64,000 nt of DNA. It comes from a virus. The stretch covers positions 1 through 64,000 of IMG/VR virus record IMGVR_UViG_3300042472_000301. The stretch is one strand, 5' to 3'. The notes under the pieces were generated by a model that was not told where the DNA came from, searched no databases, and was given only the letters and a program-made list of their open reading frames with translations. The translations under genes were made by a program, and so were the position numbers. Each line of letters begins with the position of its first letter. The first letter of the stretch is position 1. This document shows, one piece after another, positions 34,860-43,306 of the stretch.

Positions 34860-37229
34860 ATGGCGACTATTGAAGAACTTAGTTCAGCGTTGGTTAAGGC
34901 AGACGCGGCGGGTAATACTGCGGATGCTAAAGCATTTGCGGATGCCATTCGCAATATGCGATCTAGCGAAGGTATGCCTAAAGAGCGAACCGTAATGCAA
35001 GAGGTCATGCAAATACCCGCTGGTATTTACAAAGGCTTTAAAAACGTAACAGATACGTTGATTAAAGGCGGCGCAAGCGCGTTAGATTATGCGGCAGGCA
35101 CTAACACCCGCGCAACAGTTGACGAAGCATCTAAGCGCGCAAACGAAGAATACAACCAAGTATATGGGGCTAGCACATTAGGTAAGTCAGGTGAGATTTT
35201 AGGTGAGATCGGCGCAACAATGCTGCCTATTGCGGGCTTGTCTAAAATCGTTGCCAAGGGTGCTGAGTTAGCCCCCTCGCTTGCCAAATTTCTAACCCCT
35301 GTTTCCAAGTCTATTGCCTCGGGCGGGTTTAATACCGGCTTGGCGGGCGGTGCGGTAAACACAGGCGTCAGAGCGCTAGGCGGTGCAGCGGGCGGCGCAA
35401 TTGGTGCGGGGCTAGTCAACCCTGAAAATGCTGGTGTTGGTGCTGCTTTTGGCGCGGCTGTACCTGCATTGGCGTTGCCAGCGGCTAAATTTGTTGTCGA
35501 GCAAGGGCGTAAGATGTTTAGCCCTGGCACCGCAGCAATTAACCAAGCTGTTGGCGACAAGGGCGGTCAAATCATAAACGCGTTACGCGACCCTAACGCC
35601 GTGATTGTGCCTGGTTCCTCGCCCACCGCCGGTCAAGTGGCGGCGCCTGTGGGCAGTACGGGGTTCTCAGGGTTTACCAAAGACCTTGCAGCTAACCCCA
35701 AAGTAGCGCAACTTTACGCCGACAAAGCCGCGCAAACTAGTGAGGCTCAGTTAGCGCAACAAGCGCGTGTGGACACGCGTCTTCAAGGTGTGGTTGACCG
35801 CGTTACAAAAAAGATTGACGACAACCTTGCTACGGTCACACCATCTGAAACAGGTAACAGCCTTCGCGTCATTGGTGAAGCGGCTAAACAAAAGTTTAAA
35901 GACGACACACTTAAGCCTGGGTACGCCGCCGCGTTTAATTTAGCGGGCGACGGCAAGATTAACATTTCAAATGTAGTGACTAAAGCCGAAGAAATTTTAG
36001 GGCAAAAGTTGTCTACGTTTGCGCCTGAAACTGCGCCTACTACCGTCAAAAAACTATTGTCGTTTCAGCCTAAAGTGCCTGAAGCCAAACCTTTGGGCGG
36101 CGGCTTAGTGTCGTCAAAAGTTAAAACTGCACCGGCGGCACCTGAAGGGTTTGCTTCTGCTACGCTTGAAGAATTAGATGGTGTGCGTAAGGCTATTAAC
36201 GCAGATATTCAATCGGCCATAACGGGCAACAGGCCTACTGACCCCGCTACGTTGCGTAATTTGATGCAATTGCACAAAGAGATTGATGACGCAATTGGCA
36301 AGTCTACGGCAATCCCCGACGCAGCCAAAACCGCTTACGCTGACATTGTTAAGACGTACCGCACCGAGTATGTGCCTCGTTTTAAAGAAGGCGCTAACGC
36401 TAATTTGTTTAAACAAACTGCGTCTAACGAACTCAAAACTAGACCTGAAGATGTCATTACTAAATACTTTAACCCTGGTGGTGAGTCGGAGGCCAAGCAG
36501 TTTGTAAACCTGTTTGGCAGCGACCCCAACGCGTTAAAGATTGCCGGTAAAGGCATCGAAGATTTGTTCCGTCAAAAAGTGACGGACGCATCTACGGGCT
36601 TGGTTAAACCCGCAGCCCTTGCCAAATTTTTAAAAGATTACGCGCAACCCATTAAGATTATGGACGACGCGGGTATGGGGTTAAGTCAACGCTTTGCAAC
36701 CATTAGCAAAGATGTGCAGCGTTTGCAACGCGTAGAAGGTATGCAAACCACAAACGCCGCTAATCGGCTAGCGCCCGCCATCCCTGCTGGCCCCAACGCG
36801 CTTGCAGTCGAACAACGCATCAATCAATTAACCCAAGGGTTAACACCCAAGCAATTAAGCGCGGTCAACGCCGTGCGTGATGACTTGGCGCGTATGGCCG
36901 AGTACGAAAGGTTAGCGCAAGCGGGTAGCACTGGCACAGCGGGTAAGATTGCAACTGAAGCGGGTAAAGGGATTGGAATGCAATTTCCAAGCCTATTGAA
37001 CACTTCAGTTACCGCAGTCAATTTTGTTCTTAAACGCTTGGTTGGTAAAATGGATGATAAATTAGCGATTGCTTTAGCTACCGAATTAGCCAACCCCGCG
37101 TCTGCTGCAAACGCTATTCAACGCGCTATGGTTAAACGTGGTAGTCAGGAAATCAATAATCAGTTTGCTCGCAACGCCCTTCGCCCCGTCACAATGGGTG
37201 GCATCAACGCTTTAGCTGGACAAGAATAA
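34860..37229 (+). CDS. Large internal virion / ejection protein
   Basis: Position; Gly/Ala hydrophobic segments; helical. Confidence 0.68.
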   Translation: MATIEELSSALVKADAAGNTADAKAFADAIRNMRSSEGMPKERTVMQEVMQIPAGIYKGFKNVTDTLIKGGASALDYAAGTNTRATVDEASKRANEEYNQVYGASTLGKSGEILGEIGATMLPIAGLSKIVAKGAELAPSLAKFLTPVSKSIASGGFNTGLAGGAVNTGVRALGGAAGGAIGAGLVNPENAGVGAAFGAAVPALALPAAKFVVEQGRKMFSPGTAAINQAVGDKGGQIINALRDPNAVIVPGSSPTAGQVAAPVGSTGFSGFTKDLAANPKVAQLYADKAAQTSEAQLAQQARVDTRLQGVVDRVTKKIDDNLATVTPSETGNSLRVIGEAAKQKFKDDTLKPGYAAAFNLAGDGKINISNVVTKAEEILGQKLSTFAPETAPTTVKKLLSFQPKVPEAKPLGGGLVSSKVKTAPAAPEGFASATLEELDGVRKAINADIQSAITGNRPTDPATLRNLMQLHKEIDDAIGKSTAIPDAAKTAYADIVKTYRTEYVPRFKEGANANLFKQTASNELKTRPEDVITKYFNPGGESEAKQFVNLFGSDPNALKIAGKGIEDLFRQKVTDASTGLVKPAALAKFLKDYAQPIKIMDDAGMGLSQRFATISKDVQRLQRVEGMQTTNAANRLAPAIPAGPNALAVEQRINQLTQGLTPKQLSAVNAVRDDLARMAEYERLAQAGSTGTAGKIATEAGKGIGMQFPSLLNTSVTAVNFVLKRLVGKMDDKLAIALATELANPASAANAIQRAMVKRGSQEINNQFARNALRPVTMGGINALAGQE

Positions 37230-37483
37230 TGGATTGGCAAAACTTCATCAACTTAGGTGCCGGTGGTCTACTCGCGGTGGGTGGATGGTTTTGTCGTCAG
37301 TTATGGGATTCTGTTAAAGAGCTCAAGACTGACATTGCTAATCTCAAGCTGCACGTCAGCGATTCGTATGTCAAAAAATCCGAGATTGACACAATTAAGT
37401 CCGAGATGGACAAACGCTTTGACCGCGTCGAGATGTTGCTTGACCGCTTGTTCGATAAACTTGAAGCCAAGGCAGACAAATAA
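37229..37483 (+). CDS. Small TM plus coiled-coil protein (holin-like)
   Basis: N-terminal TM, YVKK.E, coiled coil; first gene of the lysis cassette. Confidence 0.6.
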   Translation: MDWQNFINLGAGGLLAVGGWFCRQLWDSVKELKTDIANLKLHVSDSYVKKSEIDTIKSEMDKRFDRVEMLLDRLFDKLEAKADK

Positions 37484-37899
37484 TGTTCCCTATCATGGAT
37501 GTGCTTGGCGTTGGCATGAAGATTTTGGATAAGTTTTTTCCTGATCCCGAACAAAAGGCCAAAGCGCAACTTGAGTTAATGCAGATGCAGCAGAACGGCG
37601 AACTCGCCAAGATGCAAGCCGATATGCAAGAGCAGGGCGAACTCACCAAGCGTCAAGAGAACGACATGAGGTCTGACTCTTGGTTGAGTAAAAACATTCG
37701 TCCTATGACCCTCATAGCCATCCTAGCGGGCTACTTCATCTTCGCCATGATGTCAGCGTTTGATCTTGATACAAACGAGAAGTATGTTGAGTTGCTTGGG
37801 CAATGGGGCATGTTAATAATGAGCTTCTATTTCGGTGGTCGCACCCTTGAAAAGATCATCGACATGAAAAACAAAACGCCCGAAAAGAGCGACAAGTAA
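37483..37899 (+). CDS. Holin, 3TM gene-transfer-release family
   Basis: DK.FPDP...A.A.L, DSWLSKNIRP, FYFGGRTLEK. Confidence 0.85.
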   Translation: MFPIMDVLGVGMKILDKFFPDPEQKAKAQLELMQMQQNGELAKMQADMQEQGELTKRQENDMRSDSWLSKNIRPMTLIAILAGYFIFAMMSAFDLDTNEKYVELLGQWGMLIMSFYFGGRTLEKIIDMKNKTPEKSDK

Positions 37900-38561
37900 T
37901 GGTAACGGCTAAAAAGCCTGCGGTTAAACGAGCGCCAGTAAAACGGGTTGCAAAACCTGCGCCTGTTAGGAACCCAGACTTTACAGACAAGGTTGTTGAT
38001 CTTATCAAGTGGGTAGACAGTCCGTTCAAGCTGATCTCGGTGGTGCTGATTGCCTTTGTTGCGTTTGCTGGGTACTTTGCTTGGGACTCACGGCAAGTCA
38101 TTTTGAATGCAATCAGTAGCAAAAAGACAGAGCTAAAAGAGCCGTTGTTGGTTGAGGCTATTGCCAAGTCTTTGATCTACGATCTAAGCGCGGATGTGGT
38201 GATTGTGAATTCAGTCAATCTTCAATCAAACAGTCGCACAACCATTTTGGCAATGAGCAATCAGGGGCGTGAAAAGTCTCTCGAAGGCGCAATCAACGCT
38301 TTGTTTACCAGTTCGCCTGAACGCAACCGTGCAGTCATCACGATGTTCCAAGGAGAGGTGCATTGCGAGACGTTTGTGCCAAGCTCAAAGATTGGAGAGT
38401 ACGTTGTTAAACATGGCGTGACGTATATGTGTCGTGGCTCTGTACCGCCAGAACAAGGCAGGTTTGTAGGCTACATTGCGGTAGGCTTTAAGATACCGCC
38501 TAAGGATATTATTCAAGCGAAGACTCGCATTAACTTAGCAAGCACGGAGATGAGTAAATGA
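37899..38561 (+). CDS. T4 gpT-like single-TM holin/lysis protein with periplasmic GAF-like domain, allele B
   Basis: 220 aa; basic N-terminus, amphipathic helix, one TM, GAF-like C-terminus with two Cys. Confidence 0.6.
   Translation: MVTAKKPAVKRAPVKRVAKPAPVRNPDFTDKVVDLIKWVDSPFKLISVVLIAFVAFAGYFAWDSRQVILNAISSKKTELKEPLLVEAIAKSLIYDLSADVVIVNSVNLQSNSRTTILAMSNQGREKSLEGAINALFTSSPERNRAVITMFQGEVHCETFVPSSKIGEYVVKHGVTYMCRGSVPPEQGRFVGYIAVGFKIPPKDIIQAKTRINLASTEMSK
37927..38053 (+). repeat. Exact 127-bp direct repeat, copy 2
   Basis: Identical to 1-127. Confidence 0.95.
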
Positions 38562-39094
38562 TTGATAACTGGAAACTAGCTTTTGAACAGATGCTCAAAA
38601 GTGAAGGTGGCTTCACAGACGACGAGCGTGATGACGGCAACAAGTTACCAGATGGGCGTAAAGGCTCAACCATGCTTGGCGTGACTCAATTTAATTGGGA
38701 ACAGCACGTTGGGCATCAGGTCACCCACGACGATATGCGTAAGCTCACTCCTGCGGATGTAGAACCCCTGTACAAGAAAAAGTATTGGGACGTTGTGCGG
38801 GCTGACGAATTGCCTTCTGGGATTGATTACCTAGTCTTTGATATGGGTGTGAACGCCGGTCCGGGTCGCTCTATCAAAATCATGCAAACCGCTTTGGGCG
38901 TACCTGCTGACGGTGGTTTTGGTCCGATGACAATGGCTGCTGTCTTAGCTGCTGACCCTGTTGTGTTAATTGAGAAGTTCAGTCAAGAGAAAGAGGCGTT
39001 TTACCGTGGTCTTGAAAAGTTCACTGTATACGGTGAAGGCTGGCTTAATCGTGTTGCAGCAGTTAAGGTCAAGGCAAGCTCGATGCTCGGCTAA
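38558..39094 (+). CDS. Endolysin, GH108 family (allele B)
   Basis: Homologous to 632..1168; EGG motif; YGEGWLNRV. Confidence 0.92.
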   Translation: MIDNWKLAFEQMLKSEGGFTDDERDDGNKLPDGRKGSTMLGVTQFNWEQHVGHQVTHDDMRKLTPADVEPLYKKKYWDVVRADELPSGIDYLVFDMGVNAGPGRSIKIMQTALGVPADGGFGPMTMAAVLAADPVVLIEKFSQEKEAFYRGLEKFTVYGEGWLNRVAAVKVKASSMLG

Positions 39095-39187
39095 ATTGTG
39101 GTTTTAAATTAGTGCGATAAAGGTTAAAATGTCAAATCAAGCGCTTTGTGATAAAACGCTCTCAAAATTACTTTTGTGGGTGGCGCT

Positions 39188-39817
39188 ATGACCGCGAGCT
39201 TTGTTCTAACTTACGACAACTTAGTCACAACGATCGAGCAGTACCTCGAGCGTAATGACGCCGCCGTTGTCTCTCAGATCCCTGTATTTATCACGCTAGC
39301 TGAGTTTGAGATTGCTCAGCAGATCAAGACGCTCGGTCAGATCGAGGTTGCGCAAGGCGTGATGTCAATCGGCAACCCGATCATTCAGAAGCCCGCTCGT
39401 TGGCGCAAGACCGTGTCAATGTCGGTCACCTCGGGCGGTGAGAAGACGCCCGTTTTCTTACGCAAGTACGAGTACCTGACCAACTACAGCGCGGAGAGCG
39501 CGAACGGTCTGCCCCTGTACTACGCGGATTACAACTACGACAACTGGTTCGTGTCGCCTACGCCCGATCAGGCGTACACGTTTGAGGTGCTTATTTATCA
39601 GCGCCTACAGCCCCTGTCCTCAACAAATCAGACCAACTGGATCACAAACAACGCCCCCAACGCAATGCTCTTCGGGGCGCTCTTGCAGGCTGTGATCTAC
39701 CTAAAAGACGACGCACGTCAGATATTCCAACAGAAGTACGACATGGCAATGCAGGCGCTTAAAGTCGAGGACGTGACCCGCGTGGGTGACCGCTCAGCAA
39801 TCGCTGTGGACTCTTAG
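39188..39817 (+). CDS. Head-tail adaptor / tail tubular protein A-like
   Basis: TY..L...I..YLER.D, IP.FI.LAE, G.P.YYA, PTPD..Y, NW...AP...L.G.L. Confidence 0.75.
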   Translation: MTASFVLTYDNLVTTIEQYLERNDAAVVSQIPVFITLAEFEIAQQIKTLGQIEVAQGVMSIGNPIIQKPARWRKTVSMSVTSGGEKTPVFLRKYEYLTNYSAESANGLPLYYADYNYDNWFVSPTPDQAYTFEVLIYQRLQPLSSTNQTNWITNNAPNAMLFGALLQAVIYLKDDARQIFQQKYDMAMQALKVEDVTRVGDRSAIAVDS

Positions 39818-39825
39818 AGGTAACT

Positions 39826-41052
39826 ATGACCAACACCTACGTCAACCCGATCACGGGACAGACAATCAACCCGAGTCAGATCGGCTACGAAGCACTGACG
39901 ATCTCGGCAGACACGGAGCTCGACTGGCCAATCAACGGCACGACAAGCACAGACGTTGTTGCCGCAATCATTCAGGTCACCGCAACCGTGGGCAGCTTAA
40001 AGCTGTACCTGCCCTCTGCGCTGCAGGTGAGCACGGGTCAGAGCGTGCTGATTCAGAACATTGGCGCAATCACCTTTACGGTCACGGATATCTCAGGCAA
40101 CACAATTGTTTCAATTGCCTCGGGTATCGCTCAGTACATCTTCTTAACTAATAACACAACAAACAACGGCACTTGGTCTACTGTCACGTTTGGAGCTGGC
40201 ACCTCGTCGGCGAACGCTGCGGCTTTAGCAGGGTACGGTCTGACCGCAATTAGCACGACGCTCAATCAGCAATACGCTGAAAGTTCAATTTTCTCAAACC
40301 TCACATTAAACTCAACTTACCGCGCTCAGTTCTTAGTTTGGTCAAGCGGCGTGGGCACGATCACGCTGCCCACAGCGTCTACGGTCGGTAACGGTTGGTT
40401 TGTCATGGTGCGCAACGGCGGCACAGGCATCCTGACGCTTACCCCAAGCGGCACAGACACGATAGACGCAGCAGCTACGCAGCAACTTCAATTGACTGAG
40501 TCGTTGGTCATCGTCTCAAACGGCATTAATGGCTACTCTACGTTTGCCTACGGGCGCTCAAACACGTTCGCTTATACCCAGTTAGCCAAGGTCGTCACGG
40601 GAGGCACCACGACCCTCACGGCTGTTGAGTACGCCAACGTCGTGCAGGGTTACTCAGGGGCTTTGCTTTCAAACCAGATTGTCGTGCTGCCTTCAACCGT
40701 TCAGATTTATTACCTGAACAACCAGACGACTGGCTCGTTCTCGCTCACGTTCAAGACCTCAGCCGTCAGCGCAGCGACGGTTACTGTGCCTCAAGGTCAG
40801 ACCTTGACTGTGGTCTGTGACGGCACAAACGTCTACAACTCGTCGAGCGCCTCTGGCGGCACGGTCACGACGCTCACGATTAACTCAGGCTCGGCTGCTG
40901 CGCCCTCGTTGAACTTTACAGGCAACACGAACACGGGCATGTACCAACCTGCAACGAATCAGGTAGGCTTTGCTCTGAACGGCGCAAACGCACTCACGCT
41001 CACCACGTCCGGTTTGTTCGTGCCTGCAGGTGTTTCGGGAGGCGCGTTTTGA
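39826..41052 (+). CDS. Tail fiber / tail structural protein
   Basis: Thr/Ser-rich repeated beta modules; GSAAAPSLNF..NTNTG.Y. Confidence 0.7.
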   Translation: MTNTYVNPITGQTINPSQIGYEALTISADTELDWPINGTTSTDVVAAIIQVTATVGSLKLYLPSALQVSTGQSVLIQNIGAITFTVTDISGNTIVSIASGIAQYIFLTNNTTNNGTWSTVTFGAGTSSANAAALAGYGLTAISTTLNQQYAESSIFSNLTLNSTYRAQFLVWSSGVGTITLPTASTVGNGWFVMVRNGGTGILTLTPSGTDTIDAAATQQLQLTESLVIVSNGINGYSTFAYGRSNTFAYTQLAKVVTGGTTTLTAVEYANVVQGYSGALLSNQIVVLPSTVQIYYLNNQTTGSFSLTFKTSAVSAATVTVPQGQTLTVVCDGTNVYNSSSASGGTVTTLTINSGSAAAPSLNFTGNTNTGMYQPATNQVGFALNGANALTLTTSGLFVPAGVSGGAF

Positions 41053-43073
41053 CAGCAAAAGTTATCTCGCTCAACATCAAGCCGGGCATCCAGCGCGATG
41101 GCACGCAGTTTGATGCGCCTGTCTATGTGGACGGCAAGTGGGTGCGCTTTCAACGCGGTCGCCCGCGTAAGGTAGGCGGCTACCGAGGGATTTTTCAGAA
41201 CGCCTCAGGCATTAGTCGCGGCATGATCATGAGTTCAGAGGATGGCCTGAACTACGTCTACTCAGGTTGGAGTGGCGGTCTACAAGAGTGGGTCACGGAT
41301 GATGACGACGGCGTGGGCTCGGGTCCGACCAACATTCAATTTTCTGGTGCTATTTTAACGATACCTACTTTGGTGGGTGGTAGTGCATACACAAACGGTA
41401 CTTATTCTGGTGTTTCACTAACTGGAGGCTCAGGCTCTGGTGCTATTGCGGATATCACAGTTGCAGGGGCTGTCGTTACCGTGGTGACGTTGGTTTCAGG
41501 CGGTATTGGTTATTTGGCTGGTGATGTACTCAGTGCTCCTGCAGCAAGCATTGGCGGCACTGGTACTGGATTTTCTGTTACCGTCGCCACTGTTGCTTCA
41601 AGTTTTACCGCAAACGCAAACAATCTCTGGCAGTTTGACATTGGCTTTGACTCAGGTGGCTCGGGCAATCAGACGATTGTGGCGCATCCGGGTCTAAATC
41701 TCGTGCACATTGACAACACGCTCAACACGCCAGTATTGATCGGTAACTTCCCAACAGGCGCGATGAGTCAGGTCGGCGTCTTCACGGCTGCTGGCACGAT
41801 GGTGATCGGTCCGCCTAGCGTGTTCACGATCGCCTCAGTCAACGCACTCATCGCAGTCGGTCAGACGGTGACAGGTACAGGTGTGCCTGCCAACACAACA
41901 GTGAGCATCGTGGCTGTGGGCGCGAGCACCACGACTGTGACGCTCTCAAACACGGTCTCAACGTCAGGCGCTTTGACGTTGACTTTTAACAACAACATCA
42001 GCGTGTCTGGTGGCTGCGTCATGCTGCACCCGTACCTCTTTGTGTACGGCAACAACGGGCTGATTAAGAACTGCTCAGCGGGTAACTTTCAAGACTGGGT
42101 CTCGGCTGACTCAAACGAAAACACTGTCTCTGCGGGCAAGATCGTCAAGGGTTTGCCCGTCAGGGGCGGCACGACTGCGCCATCAGGGCTCTTCTGGTCG
42201 CTTGACTCGCTTATTCGCGTGAGCTACGCGCCTACAACTGTGGGCGCGAGCACGATCTACTGGCGCTACGACATCGTGACGAGCCAGAGCTCAATCCTGT
42301 CGTCATCAAGCGTGATTGAGTACGACGGGCTGTTCTTTTGGTGCGGCGTAGATCGCTTCTTAATGTACAACGGCGTTGTGAGCGAGGTTGCTAACAACAC
42401 GAACATCAACTACTTCTTTGACAACGTCAACTACGCGCAACGTCAGAAAGTCTGGGCGACGAAGATACCCCGTTGGGGCGAAGTCTGGTGGTTTTACCCC
42501 AAGGGTGACGCCACGGAGTGCACGGACGCAATCATCTATAACGTGCGCGACAAGATTTGGTACGACGCGGGCGAGGCTCTAGGCGCTCGTCGCGCTGCAG
42601 GCACGTTTTCTGAGGTGTTTCGTCGCCCGATCTGGGCAGGCACCGAGACTAATGACTCGGGCACCTACACGCTCTGGCAGCACGAGACGGGCACGAACCT
42701 TGTGAATTTGAGTCAGCAAAGCGCGATTCAGAGTTACTTTGAGACGGACAGCATTGGCTGGGTCAACGGTGGTCCAAACCAAAACGACGCTGTGGGTATG
42801 AACAACTACATCAGGCTCGAGCGCGTTGAGCCCGACTTTATACAGTCCGAGGACATGAACCTGTACGTCACAGGCAAGGGCTACGCATCTGACGTGGATC
42901 AGGTGAGCGCGGCTTACGTGTTCTCGCCCACGACGCTCAAGATTGACTTGCGCGAGCAACGCCGAGAGATGCGCTTGCGCTTTGAGAGCAACGTGGTCAA
43001 CGGCAACTACGAGTGCGGTCTGAACCTGCTCTCAGCAGACGTGGGCGACATGCGCAGCACAGGCAACCCGTAA
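41049..43073 (+). CDS. Tail nozzle/hub protein with inserted domains
   Basis: PGIQRDGT, WVRFQRGRPRK.GG, beta-propeller-like, GEVWWFYP, R.EPDF. Confidence 0.75.
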   Translation: MTAKVISLNIKPGIQRDGTQFDAPVYVDGKWVRFQRGRPRKVGGYRGIFQNASGISRGMIMSSEDGLNYVYSGWSGGLQEWVTDDDDGVGSGPTNIQFSGAILTIPTLVGGSAYTNGTYSGVSLTGGSGSGAIADITVAGAVVTVVTLVSGGIGYLAGDVLSAPAASIGGTGTGFSVTVATVASSFTANANNLWQFDIGFDSGGSGNQTIVAHPGLNLVHIDNTLNTPVLIGNFPTGAMSQVGVFTAAGTMVIGPPSVFTIASVNALIAVGQTVTGTGVPANTTVSIVAVGASTTTVTLSNTVSTSGALTLTFNNNISVSGGCVMLHPYLFVYGNNGLIKNCSAGNFQDWVSADSNENTVSAGKIVKGLPVRGGTTAPSGLFWSLDSLIRVSYAPTTVGASTIYWRYDIVTSQSSILSSSSVIEYDGLFFWCGVDRFLMYNGVVSEVANNTNINYFFDNVNYAQRQKVWATKIPRWGEVWWFYPKGDATECTDAIIYNVRDKIWYDAGEALGARRAAGTFSEVFRRPIWAGTETNDSGTYTLWQHETGTNLVNLSQQSAIQSYFETDSIGWVNGGPNQNDAVGMNNYIRLERVEPDFIQSEDMNLYVTGKGYASDVDQVSAAYVFSPTTLKIDLREQRREMRLRFESNVVNGNYECGLNLLSADVGDMRSTGNP

Positions 43074-43306
43074 TGGTGACCTATGATCCTCGCGGCCACA
43101 CTTGGGACTCATGGTGCTCGCTCATGAATGAGCTGTTTGCGCCACAACAACTAGGCGTTGTCACCGAGGACAAGTGGCGCGAGTGGGCAGACGGCATGTC
43201 AGGTAACGGTTACTTCATGAGTTCAAACATACCCGACAGCCGCAGCTTTGCTGATTGGCCAGACTGGGCGGCTTCACTTGTTGGCATTATGAGCATACAG
43301 CCATGA
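43073..43306 (+). CDS. Small Trp-rich tail-associated protein
   Basis: DPRG.TWD.W...F.DW.DWA. Confidence 0.7.
   Translation: MVTYDPRGHTWDSWCSLMNELFAPQQLGVVTEDKWREWADGMSGNGYFMSSNIPDSRSFADWPDWAASLVGIMSIQP

Larger units (their letters stand above)
1..37926. mobile_element. Phage A: apparently complete, circularly permuted P22-like podovirus genome (37,926 bp)
   Basis: Full set of replication, packaging, head, tail, ejection and lysis genes. Bases 1-127 recur exactly at 37927-38053, so the gene starting at 37899 continues in frame into 1-635. Confidence 0.85.

Noticed and set aside
1-39094. Lysis-region repeat as phage terminal repeat, att site or true gene duplication
   Set aside because: Exact identity stops at 127 bp inside a gene, the rest is diverged, the downstream DNA is a different phage, and there is no integrase or host DNA.
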